From NCBI GenBank assembly GCA_000708835.1, contig DF237057.1:1-64000 (forward strand): 64,000 nt of DNA. The letters run 5' to 3'. Shown piece after piece: positions 1-11,697 of this stretch. Origin of the DNA: Klebsormidium nitens (taxonomy: Eukaryota; Plantae; Klebsormidiophyceae). The notes beneath the pieces were generated by a model. It was given only the letters and a program-made list of their open reading frames with translations. It was not told the origin of the DNA and made no database searches. Numbering within the stretch: position 1 is the first letter of the stretch; every line of letters starts with the position of its first letter. The position numbers were made by a program, and so were the translations under genes.

Positions 1-421
1 GAGCCAGCCCATAAGGCCAGGCGCCAGGCTCTTATGGGGCAGATAGCCCATGGGAAGGGCGATCTCCCTAGCGGAGTTGGGGGGAAATGCAGGGTCGCGC
101 CAACTGCTTTTGGCGGGTAAGACCGCGCGGGCCCTTGAAGCGGCCGCGCCTCAAGGCTTACCGACTCTGCCTAAGGCTACATGACTCTGACTCTGAGAGC
201 GCTTGCTTTCCAACGCCACTGCTGCCAGTGCTGGCCATTCTTTGTTTCAGGGCTCCGGAGGGAATCATCCAAGGGATATACTTGGAGTCTGTTGAACGAA
301 ACAGATTGTAAATGCACATTATATACGGGGTGGTATGTGTGATCTCTGCACAAAGATGGTGAACGAGGTTGCGTTTCACGATTTGTAGGAAGCATGGGAC
401 AATCGGGACTGGTAGCGACCA

Positions 422-3400
422 ATGAATTGCATGGTGACATTATCAGCCACGCTGAGAGTCTTTGATAAGCCTCCACAACACTGGAAAAGATTCTTCCACT
501 CTCTGGGGGTAGTGCCAATTGCATCTGGCCAGTCTGAAGGCCACAGACTTGCAATGCATTCTCAAGTGGGGTTAGCATCTAAACCCTGTGGCAGCTCTTG
601 TGCAATTGCCAGGTGGAAGCTGGTTGACCCTTCCTTGAAACCCTGGGGTGGTGGGAGCACGTTCGGAAGCCTTGCAGCATTGTGTGGGCCATTTGCCCAC
701 TCACAGGGGTTTGATTTCGGGATCGCTCGCGCCAGAGATTCTACTTGCGCTCAGGTCAGCACTTTGTCTGCTTCCATCAGCAGAGCCGCCGTCGCACTCG
801 AGCGAGACTCTGGGAGACGGACCGCGCAGTTACTCGACTCTGGTGTGAATACGGAGCTTGCTGACGTCAGCGGCGATGCCGTCGTGCTGGGGACGCGGAA
901 GCAGCGCGGTCTGGACGCTGTTCGGAGACAGAGCTCCGAGGCGGTCCGGAGACAGACCCCGGAGTTGGAAGACCAGAAAATGGGGAGGGGCAAGCAGCTT
1001 GGGGCGCCGGGCTTGACTGCATATCGGGGGGTCAGGGAAGCCCCTCACGAAGCGAGGCGGGCGAACAATCTGTCCCGCAGGATACAAGGGGTGGATCAGT
1101 TACAGGGTCGGGGAGGGGTCGATGGGGGGGCTTCGTTGTCGTCGAGACAAAACGGTGTGTCTGACACCCAGGCAAGTGGCGGTCAAAATGCGCGTTCCGC
1201 TTCGCCCCCGAGTGCCGAATTGTCCCGGGGAGAATTTGAGCAACTTACCAATGATGCAGACCGGAGGGCAAGGTCCTTGGACACGGGGTCGACTTCCGGC
1301 AGGGGGGCAGCTTCACCCTCGAGCGGAGGCGGTGTTTCACCCCCCCAGAAGGAGAGGAGCGCTCAGGGTCGCTTTTGGCACGAGCCAAGCTTACTGATGC
1401 AAGCTGACGTCAGCAACGGAGCTTCTGATGTCGGCAGAGGGGCGCGCACCGTCATCAGCAGGAGTGGGGCGGCTGATGTAAGCAATGGGGCCGCACACGG
1501 TAGCATAAGGGCCGCATATGTCAGCAATGGGGCTGCTGACATGAGCAATGGGGCCGCACACGGAAGCAACGGGGCCGCGTATGTAAGCAACGGGGCTGCT
1601 GATGACAGGGGAGGGCCTTCTGGGCTCAATGGGTTGGCCAGATCCGGAGCTGTGGTTGCAACGCAGGCGTCAAGCAGGGGCTTGGCGCTTGCCGCAAGAC
1701 CCAAGGATTTGGAGCCAGCTTTTGCTTATGTCGGAAACGGAGCCCCGAACGCTGCCATTACAGTGCATAACGGGGCCGCATTCTCAGAACTCCTTCCCTC
1801 AGCTGGATCAGCGCAACCTAGCCAAAGTTGGAAGGCTGCGGCTGACCACACTGCTCCGGTTGAAATGAAACATCAGGGGGCGGGGTTGGACAGACAAACG
1901 CCGAGCGAAGGGCGTATCTCCTCATTCGGACTTAATGGAGCGGAGGCTGGCAAACTCCAGACATCGTCACGGGTATTGGCAGTGCGGGGCAGGGGAGGGG
2001 ATATTGAGCAACACGTGGAGGATTCCCCTGCGTCGGTGGGGGTAATCAGAGATAAACCGGTAGCTTCCGTAGGGAAAGAGTACCCGAAGAGCTTGTTCCA
2101 GAGATCGGCCCTTGGGACGGCGCTGAGAGGGGGGGGAGAAAAGAAGGGAGGAGTCGTGAGGGGCAAGGCAGAAGAAAATGCCTCACAAGCTAACGGGATG
2201 AACGGCGGAGGGCAGCTCAAGATGAGCTCTCGTGGCGAGAAGCCAATGGGGGCAGCAAGTTCTGGCGCAAACAGTCGGTCAATCCCCGCAGGAACCCAGC
2301 CCGCAAACCTGAGTGTATATCCACCCCCAAACGGAACCCAGCTAGACTTTGCTGTCCCCCAGTTCGCAACTCCAGGCTCAACTCCTTTTCAAAGCGCAAC
2401 TCTGGTCAAACCCGACTCCCCAAGTATCGAACCGGTTACCATGGCCAGGCCCCAAACTTCAACGTCGTCTGTAAGTACACTCCAAACCGAGGCCCCGAAC
2501 CCCCAAGTTATGGATGCCCCCGCTAAAGATGCGGCAGCCCCAAAAACGCGGAAGATCCCCGAAATGAAGATGAGAAAGGCCAAACCCAAAACGCTCAACC
2601 CGCGCAAGTCAGCAAAGCAAACCCAAGCGTCTTCGATGGAGTCCGCACCAACCAAGCCCGCAAACGGGGGGGTTCCGCAGGCCTGTTCCGCACCCCCCTC
2701 CACAGAGAAAATCACACTCGAAGCTGTGGTCCGGAGAATCGTTTACGAAAACCAGGACAACGGTTACGTGATCGCCCGGGTTAAACCGGTGGGGGACGTC
2801 TCAAATTTAGGGGCGCATGTACCGGGCACTCAAAAGCGGGGGTGGGGGGGTAAAACTAAGGCGGGAAAGGAGGGGGAGGATCTGTTGACGGTGGTTGGAA
2901 CGCTACCCAAGATCGCGGAAGGCCAGCCGTTGAGGCTGACTGGAAATTGGCGGGACAACGCCAAGTTTGGGCGGGAGTTCGTGGCGGCCGGGTGCGAGGA
3001 GATGGAGGTGTCGAGCCTCCCCGATCTAGTTACGTACCTGGGGGGAGGGTCGTTGCCCAAGGTGAGGAATTACTTCTACACCTAGTTTGATTTTGTGAAC
3101 GCCTTGAGTTGAGCTTCCGATGGCGTTTTGTTGTTCGAGCACTTCCTGACACGTAGGAGAGGAGCTAGGTTGTGCTCCATCTCTTACTGCGGCTCCGCCA
3201 ATATGCGCCAGTCAAAGGCCCGCAGAAAACGCCTGCATCTATCTTGAATCCAACCCCGCTTGAGTGCGTCGGACATATTTGAGCATGGTTGCGAAATGCA
3301 CTGGGCCAAAGCAGGCCGTTTCAGTCAGATGTCCGAACAAGTTAAGTCGCTCCTTTAAATGTTCTCGGTTAAAACACACACTGCAGGATGGCCTATTTTG

Positions 3401-6400
3401 GTCCCCTCAAGTATCATCGACTTCTCATCTGGTTTCTCGACATTGCGTTCGTCGAGACACAAGTTCGAACCTGTCGAGTCGACTTTCGTCTTCCTTAGCA
3501 CAAACGCCTGGCGACCCTTTTGAGGAAGTCGAGAATCCAATTCCTAGATTCTCAACAGTACGGAGTTCCACTGTTTGAGCGTCCGTGTTCTTTGCCCAGG
3601 TGGGCCCGGTCCGGGCTGCCGCTATTGTGGGCATTTACGGCGACCAGTCACTCAAGATGCTCGACAGCAGTGACGCCGTAAAGAAGCTTCAGCAGGTAAG
3701 GCCTCGCTCGCCAGACTTAACTTTTCTTGAGGCTATTTTGGCTGGGTTCTAGTATGTTCCAACATTATGAAACTTGGTGTTGCTTGAGCGAGGATGGACA
3801 AGCGGTGATCAAAGAAGCGAAAGTTGACCGCAAGGAACAGGAGAAGAGGAAGAGATGAAGGATGAAACACATGCAGAATAAGCTCCTCCAGGTATCACTG
3901 GCCGTGAAGCGACGTAGTCTCTTCGATCGAGCTTTTGCCTTCAGTAGGTCTTGCAATCCGGAACGCAGGGCCATTGTTCGGCTTCAATCTGGTTGTTACT
4001 GACTTAAGGGGATAACAACAGAGAACAGAGGAGCGTTCGAGATGCACAAGTGGGGAAAGGAACGAGGTCCGATGGAATTGACGCTCTGAATGTAGTGCCT
4101 GTCTTGCCAGAGCTTTCTAGCCTTACCAAGGTCTTTAATCGGAACCAGTGATTGGATGCATAACAGGACAACCTTCGCGTGTTTGGAAAGGGAGAACTTG
4201 AGACAGACTAAAGTCGACACACTCGTATCTGACCGCAGGTCCCTGGCATCGGACGGTCGACAGCGTCCGAAATCAAGGCCGCCTGGGAGGAGCGGCGGGG
4301 CGTCCGCAAGACGATGGACTTTCTGCAGCTACACGGGGTGCCCGCATCGGCAGCGCAGCGCATCGTACGTTCCCTTCCCTTGTCGCACACTTAAGTACTT
4401 ATTCTAACCTGGCGAACCTGGCTACTTGACCTGGGTTGAGTATTTGCGGAATGTGAGCCGTTCAATGTCTTCATCCTGGCCACTGGGCAATTTTCACTGT
4501 CAGTTTAAGCTGTCAGATCTGTCGGGCGGGCAGGTTGATTCAAGCGGTAGCTTTTGCGTCGAACGCGAGGATCCTTTCATTTCTTTGTGAACGCAAACCT
4601 AGTTATCTGGCTTGAATCGAACGGAGTGTTATTGAATTCCGAGCCGACCGATGACACACCTGTTGCGGTTGTACAGCCCTAAAAAGTTTTGAATCAAGAT
4701 TCGAACTGCGTCAGGCGGCCAGCTTGATTTCAGTCCGCTGAGTTTCGCTTTGGACGCAAGTATCTTCGGTGCTGGGAACAATAAGAACGCTTGTACTTCG
4801 GGCGTGGCCAGAACACCAACGCACTGACAAGGGAACAGGCAGGATCGATCCCCTTTTCCTTGTTTGTGGCATGAAAAACGCCAGCATCGGAAGCGCGTTC
4901 TACTCAAGGTAGAAAATCATCACCTCCTTGTCACATCCAGGTACGCCGTCATGGGGACAAGACGGAAACCCTCGTTCGCGACGACCCCTGGGAGGCAACC
5001 GCGGGAGTGCACGGCTTCGGTTTCGACAAGGCCGACGCGCTCGCGCGCAGCATGGGCACGTGTCCGTCTCTCACTGGCCGCCTCACCTCCGCCATCCGTT
5101 CCGTTCTCACGTCCGTCTGCGGAAGCGACGGACACACCTACCTGCCGTGGAGGGAGGTTAGGGCGCAAACCGCGGAGCTGTTAGCGCAAACCGGGGGGTT
5201 AAGCGAGGAGGAACGGGAGAAGGGGTGGGGGGTCGAGCCGGATAGGGAGGCGTTCGAGCAGGGGTTGAGGGTTTTGGTGCGGAGAGCGAAGCTCGTCGTG
5301 GAGGGAAATGGGGGGACTAACGACGAGGAAAGACTGGCGGGCTGGATTGGCGACGCCGCCCGGTGCTATTTGCCGGTGTTGCATACGGCTGAGGTGAGAT
5401 TCCAAAGCGCCACAGCTGGTGCGAACTTACCTCTGGATTTTCGGGCTGTAGATGGTGGTTCACTTTGGCAAAAGACGTTGTACCCGGACTCCCGAAAGCT
5501 GCGCTTCGAGAACGTTCCTTGAGTGCTTCTCAACTATTTCAACAGGCAGTCGGTCAGGCCGTTAGTCCTTGAGCACCTTGTCTACGATTTTCCTGAAATC
5601 TATGTTAGCTTTTGTACGCTTCTGGCGCTTCTGTACGCCTCAAAGATCAGAATGCATTTACTTCTGTACGCTTCTGTACGCTTCAAAGATCAGAATGCAT
5701 TTACAAATCTCCGAAAGGCAATTCCGGCCTTACCACTTACCTTACGATGGGGCAGAGTGTATGTGGGAGGCCGGTTCTTAGGTGATCGAAGCGACACCTG
5801 TCGGGGCATCTGCGCACCACTTTCTTTTTGCTGCCAGGTGTCGGTCTCGCGGATTACAAGGCGTGGCTCAACAACTCGCCCAGATCCGTGGACACGTCGA
5901 ACCCTATCCGCCAAATGCTGCCAACTGGGCACTCACTGAGAAAGTCATGCGCGCCTCCCTGACTTCACAAACGCGTGAATCCTGCCAAGAAATAATCTTC
6001 ACACCCCTCTTCTCCTGCTGCCAGGTGTCGCTCGCCGAGAACGTCAAGACGCGGCTGACCCACCGCCCCAACCCCTCGGATTCCGCCGGTCAGTGGTCGG
6101 TCGAGAGCCAAAACGGGGCTCCTGACGAGCTTTCAGCGCAACAGAGAGAGGCTGTCGAAATGGCCATGACGGCGCCGATGCTCATCCTGACGGGGGGTCC
6201 CGGGACGGGCAAAACGTACACCCTCAGAACGATCGTGGCGCTCTGGAAGAGCATGGGCAAGACCGTGCAGTGCTGCGCGCCTACGGTGCGTGGCTCGAAG
6301 TTCGCCACCTCTAGTTTTTCTTTTCTGGTTCTATTATTGTGGTTGATGCAATCGACTTCAGATGTCCAAACTTTTGTTTCTCTACAGTGGTTTGTGCTGC

Positions 6401-9400
6401 CGACTCCCAGATGTTGAAGTGTTTGGTCGTGGCGTTACTCATTTTGTTGCTTAGCTCGGCCTGTGGTTCTGGTCGAAGCTAGTCCATTTGCTCCGCCAAG
6501 TGCGTTGTCTTTGCCTTTCTGGAAATTACTGTTTCTAAAGTTTGCCACCTATCGTGTCGTGAAACTCGGAACATTTTGTCTCAACTGCTGACTGACCATC
6601 TTCAACAAGTCGCATCATATCCGTCATCGATTGCTGTATGCCTATCTTGCAAACCACTCCTGTATTGCATTGGCTTTCCCATCTGTGTTCCTTGGACTAC
6701 TTTGCACGTATCCTTCTTACTTCAGGCTTATGCTTCCGTCTTGTTCCAATCCACGGCGTATTTCAACCGTCTGTCCCTTGGTTCTTACTAAGAGGTTTGG
6801 CTGCTTGGAGCGAAACGAGAGCTTGTACATTCAGATCAATCCCTCCTCCAGAACAAACAAAAATAGACTTTTGACGAGCGAGCATTTGCCCGGTCAATTG
6901 CTCAGGTTTGTGTTTTAGATGCGAAAGTTGGAAGAACCGTGCCGCAAATCGTAGCTACTCTCAAAGATGTTTAACCCCTTCCGTTCATTCCGCAGGGACG
7001 GGCGGCCCAGCGCCTGGCGGAATCCGTCGGAATGGACGCCAAAACGATCCACCGGCTGCTCGAGTACAAGCCCGGGGAGGCGTTTTGGGGCAAAAACGGC
7101 GACGCAGCTGAGGAGGCTGACGTCACCGACCTCCCCAGAAACTTCTTCGCGAGGGACGCGCGGAATCCGTTGGAGGTGAGGCGGAACGGAACTTGGAAGC
7201 TCAGAAGAAGAAGCTCAGAAACAGGCGGAGGAGTGGAGTTTAAGAGAGATCGAACTTTTAAAGTTCCCATTTTCGGGAGTTGAGGATTGGTGGAAACGTC
7301 CAGATCGGATTGAGGCCAAAAGCTCGTGAGGCCTCGAAGAATGGACGACGTTGCCGCTTGACCGTTCATGGGGGACGGAAAGGGAAGAAGAACGGCATCA
7401 TGGACAAGAGAACATGGTACTTAAGCTCCAGAACAAGCTTATGTTGATGCTCTGGAGTCTTTTTGTTTGCTTACTCATGTGCGTCTTGTTCCTTGTCGCT
7501 TTTGCTCTTTCTTGACCACCTTTGCTTCTCCTTGACCCTCTTTCCATTGCAATCTCAGAACATTGACTCGGATCCCGCGCTGCCTGGCGGCGGCCACTTT
7601 GTCCAGGCGCCAATTACCGCACAAAGTTCTCTCGCAATTAACCTACGCCACTAACAACCGGACGTTGCCTCGACTGGGTGCAGAGTCCAGTAAGAAGGAC
7701 CAGAAACTCGCTCAAGTGAACCCAGCAAGTGTTTCAGACTCAATCGCTCACATTGCGGGCCCTGTCTTCTGACCTTCATATCGTTTTCACCCCCGCAGTG
7801 CGACGCCTTGGTCGTGGACGAGGCCTCCATGCTCGACCTTCCGCTGGCCGACGCCCTCTTCTACGCAGTTCCGCCCAACACGCCGATTCTGTTAGTGGGG
7901 GATATTGATCAGCTGCCGCCGGTGGGGCCGGGCCACGTGCTGAGGGACCTGATCAAGTGAGTTTCGTGTTTCGAGAGTATATGTTCTGGGTTGGAACAAG
8001 TATTCAAGCTTGTTTGTTGAAAAGTCTTCAATCCTTTTCGACGTTCAGATTTTATAGGATGGACCTCGCTACTCCAGTCGACACATTTAGTCACAATAGT
8101 TTTGATCCATGTTACATACTGAAAGACTAAACGCTTTGATCTACGTCTTAGCAATCCTGCAAGTGACAGGATTGTGATCTAACCAAGAAGAGGAGGGGAA
8201 CGCTGTTGTCGCTTGAGTTCAGCATTAGTAAGCTCCTACGCTAAGTTTGAAAACTTTGACCCACAGACTCACCTGCTCCGCACCCATACCTGCATTATAT
8301 CCCTTATTTTTGTCCGAGGCTGCTTAGCTTGCTCTTTGAAAGCTTTCTGATGCCAAATCGGATCTTCGTAAAACGTTGTTACACTATTTTAGTATAATAA
8401 GAAACACCATGCGGGTGAGAAGTTGAGGTCTTGTTGGCTGCAAAGTTCTCCGCGTCCTCCTGGAGAACCTTTACTTGTTATCAGGCGTGCTTCCAGTCGT
8501 AGTTCGTTTCATCTTTCGCGACTTCCAGTCCGGTCGCTTCTGAGTTCCTCACCATTCAAAAGAGACGTCTACTTGTTTCTCCTTCTTCCATCGCCCGGCG
8601 TCTGACCAATCACCTCAAAGTTGACCTCAAATAGGTGAAATCCAGATGAATCAACTATGACGCCCTTTCAATTCCCTCTTTGCAGCTCCAACCGGGTGCC
8701 CGTCTTCCGGCTAACCGAGGTTTTCCGGCAGGCCCAACAGTCGGCCATCGTCACAAACGCCCACGCCATCAACCAGGGCCGTTTCCCTAACCTCGAGCTA
8801 ACCCAAGCGAAACCCGCTCCCAGACCCCCGCAAGCCAGGCCCAAAAGCGCATCCGCTGGCAGCACTTCGCCGAGTGCTGCGTCCGGGGGGCAACTACCGG
8901 GCGGATTCTCGGGGGCGGAAAGTGCCCGGGGGATTCAACCGGGCAGTCACGCCGCGCTGCTGGAGAGCAGCGAGCGCGACGGCGTCATCGCGCTCCGATC
9001 GGCTATCGTCGAGAGCGACTGCTTATGGGTGAACGTGCCCGAGTATAAGGTGGCCGCCGCTCTGCAAGAAGTCATCTCTCCCGGGGGGCTGCTGTCCCAG
9101 CTGCAAATAGACCCCCGGAAAGACGTCCAGGTGCTGAGCCCGATCAAGAAGGGGGGCGCAGGCACGTCGGCGCTGAATACCGCGATCCAGGGTTTGATTA
9201 ACGCGCCGAGCGCGGTTAAGGGGGAGGTTGAGTATCGACAGGTTGTGTTCCGGAAGGGCGACCGGGTGATTCAAACGTCGAACGATTACGAGAGGGCGGT
9301 GTTCAACGGGGACCTAGGGACGGTCTGCCACGTGGACCCGCGGGAAAAGCGGGTTACTGTACGGTAAGCCTTATCCCTTGACCTGATTCTGTGTACGTGA

Positions 9401-10644
9401 GAGGAGGTGCGCTTTGTTTCAAAGTCTCTTTTCACGAGGCCAATAGCAGGTTGCAGGCCATACTCCTCAAATGTCGCAATCTCCTATGGCAGCTCGTGCT
9501 GGTTACCGAGTCCGTTTTGGTCAAGAGCAAGTGCTTGCAGTGATGTTTCGCATGCACATCGCTTCTTGCAAAGTGGAGTTCGTTCTTCGTGTCGAAGTTT
9601 TCGGTAAGGCGGAGCCTTCGCTGTTTGCCAGCCATTTCCTTTCACAGCCCAAGTCTCCTCTCTCATACGCTTCATCTGCGCCAACTGTTTCGCAGGTTCC
9701 ATAACCGGGCGGCTGGCAGCGAGGCGGAGGTCGTATACAGCCCGCAGATGAGCGGTGTGCTGGCGTGCCTGGAGGACCTCTCCCTGGCGTGGGCGGTGAC
9801 TGTGCACAAATCGCAGGGCAGCGAGTACCCGGTAGTGCTTCTACCGGTCTCCAAATGGCACCAAAAGCTGCTCAGGTAAGCGCCCGGTTTGCTTTCCGTA
9901 GGGCAGGGGCTGTATCGGATTGGAAATTGATGTCCTGATAGAATAGGGTCAGGGACATGCGATTTTTCCTTGCTTGGCGACGGATAGTAGATGCTTCGTC
10001 ACTTAGATGATGGCCAGAAGCACGACTTGCCGGTGTACTCGTGTGAAATGAGCTCGGCCAACTGCTGAAGTGGGTCAAAAAGGTAGAAAGAACGTCTTGA
10101 AACGTGGCACAAAGGATTGGTCCCTGAAAAGATGGTTGAGAGTTGTAGCATGGCACGTAGTCAGAAGTAGGTTTCGGTACTAGGTTCTCGGCCAAAATAC
10201 TGGAGTTTTACTGGAGTTGTGAAGAGCGATCCTATCTTTCTTGAGAAGCTGATTGAGAAGAGCTGGATATTCACATCTTCGAAACATCTGTTGTTGCTTT
10301 GTTGCAGAAGTTGAATGTGGCTGACAGGAACGACTGCCATTCGAGATACGTCTGGCCGTCAAAGCTGTACATGGCTTATGCATCATGTTATGGTTGCAAA
10401 GGTTCTTAGGTCCAAAAAGTGGTAAAGTTCCAAATCTCGCCCATATTGCATCTTCTTGATAATCTTCCAAGCTTTCTCCGCCTCGTATCTTCTTTGCAGT
10501 CGGAAGCTGATCTACACGGGTTTGACGAGAGCCCGGAAGCTTGTCGTCGTAATAGGGCCTAGGGGGCCGATCGAAACTGCGGTGGCGACGATAACGGACG
10601 ACGACCGGTATACGTACCTGAAACAACGTCTCGAAAGCTTATAG
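422..10644 (+). CDS. recD2: RecD2-like SF1B ATP-dependent DNA helicase with a long low-complexity N-terminal extension; 10 exons, about 1638 aa
   Basis: Exons 422-3061, 3600-3695, 4239-4364, 4941-5393, 6025-6285, 6996-7175, 7799-7956, 8686-9363, 9696-9875, 10500-10644; all GT-AG, phases consistent, total 4917 nt. Motifs: N-terminal '[19 protein letters not shown]...TVVGTLP' (YrrC-like OB fold), HhH 'VPGIGRSTA', '[13 protein letters not shown]', Walker A '[12 protein letters not shown]', '[12 protein letters not shown]', 'TIHRLLEY', 'VVDEASMLD', '[14 protein letters not shown]', 'LTEVFRQA', '[14 protein letters not shown]...VFNGDLG', '[14 protein letters not shown]', '[11 protein letters not shown]'. 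The start codon (422 versus a later ATG) is uncertain. Confidence 0.95.
1403..1610 (+). repeat. Coding minisatellite encoding (D/Y/H)-(V/M/G)-S-N-G-A-A repeats in RecD2 exon 1
   Basis: About 6 copies of AGCAA(C/T)GG(G/A)GC: DVSNGAS...[44 protein letters not shown]. Outlying NGA copies lie near 1735-1780. Confidence 0.85.
5619..5703 (+). repeat. Intronic tandem duplication, about 43-bp unit x2
   Basis: CTTCTGTACGC(C/T)TCAAAGATCAGAATGCATTTAC occurs twice in tandem in RecD2 intron 4. Confidence 0.85.
5829..6070 (+). repeat. Duplicated 3' splice junction (decoy acceptor) of RecD2 exon 5
   Basis: TGCTGCCAGGTGTCG is identical at 5829-5843 and 6016-6030, followed by a diverged match (CAAGGCGTGGCTCAACAAC vs CAAGACGCGGCTGACCCAC). 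Period 187 bp. Confidence 0.7.
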
Positions 10645-11697
10645 AAATGCTTAGACGTAGAGGATCCTGAACTTCCATATGGAGCTCTGTGTATGTGATC
10701 AGGAATATATGCTTGTTCCGAGGGGAATAGTTCAAGCGCGGATAATGGTAGAGCTACCAGAACATACGTTTCTAGTTGTTTACGAGCGGTTACTCCAGAT
10801 TGAGTAAACCTGGAGTTCGATGTAACCCGACCTGAAGTTGTTGCGTCACACTACAGTGCACTCAGGGGTGGTTCTGATGAGTCCACAGTAAGCTACAAGT
10901 CCGTTTCACAGGTCGTGCGGCCTCCGACTCGTGCCCATGTTGTGCCCATTTTGTGCCCATTCACATCAATCACTCAGAGACAGCCGACAAGGTCGACCCC
11001 CTCCTTTGAGCTCACAGAGTTCAGATGGTGGAAAACGAAGCCCCATATGCATGTCTGCCCACGAAACGTCGGAGGGAATAGGGGAGGGGGAATCTCGAAG
11101 TGCCCGGATCGGCGATCCAATCACTAACGTAAAATCCATTTGGCACTGCGCCGAGCGTCAATTGTTTGTTGGCCATTGTCAAGTCTTTTTCGAGCCAGCA
11201 GTCAATGGTATAATTGTCGATCACATGGGCTGAAGTCATCAAAAAAGTTCCCTATGTCACACTGTTGTGATGAAACATGCACAGCATCCAATTTCGATCA
11301 TCGGCCCACTTACAATTGAGTTGGCCATGACAGCCCATGCATGAAGAACGCTCAGCTTCGCCAATCCACAATGTCACATGCATCAAGACTCATGTTCCTT
11401 CTGTAATTCTATCTACCGGTAGCTCAAATCACGACGATTTAATACACAAAGCAGATTCATGCATGCGCTCGAAACTCTCCTCCCTCAAGGTTGGAGCCAA
11501 ATTGCAGTGCACGGATTCCGGTAAGTTTCCGGTGGCAGTCTCGGCGGAATTGCTCTCACCGGAACCTGTGCCCGGCTAGGCTCAGCGCGCGCGCTGCCCT
11601 GGACACCACTGTGTACGGCATGGGGAAACTTGACCAATGCAGCAGGAGCCACTTGATCAAGCCGTAGGATAATTCTTGAGCAGCAGCAAACACCTGG

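Noticed and set aside
1-150. Short inverted repeats (CCCATAAG 8-15 / CTTATGGG 31-38; GCGCGG...CCGCGC near 125-150) resembling an element end or structured RNA
   Set aside because: The stems are only 6-8 bp, the context is cut by the window edge, and no partner end or RNA-family motif is recognisable.
5782-5940. Alternative RecD2 exon reading [14 protein letters not shown], which resembles RecD2 'AE.GIA..L'
   Set aside because: No acceptor in the required phase; exon 6025 gives a continuous frame, and the segment is better explained as a decayed junction echo.
3062-10499. Faint echo-like similarities in other RecD2 introns (for example 9545-9590 vs 9687-9735; 10235-10260 vs 10485-10512) and in the U-box intron (about 43528-43575)
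   Set aside because: Too degenerate to support by eye; not counted among the 8 clear cases.
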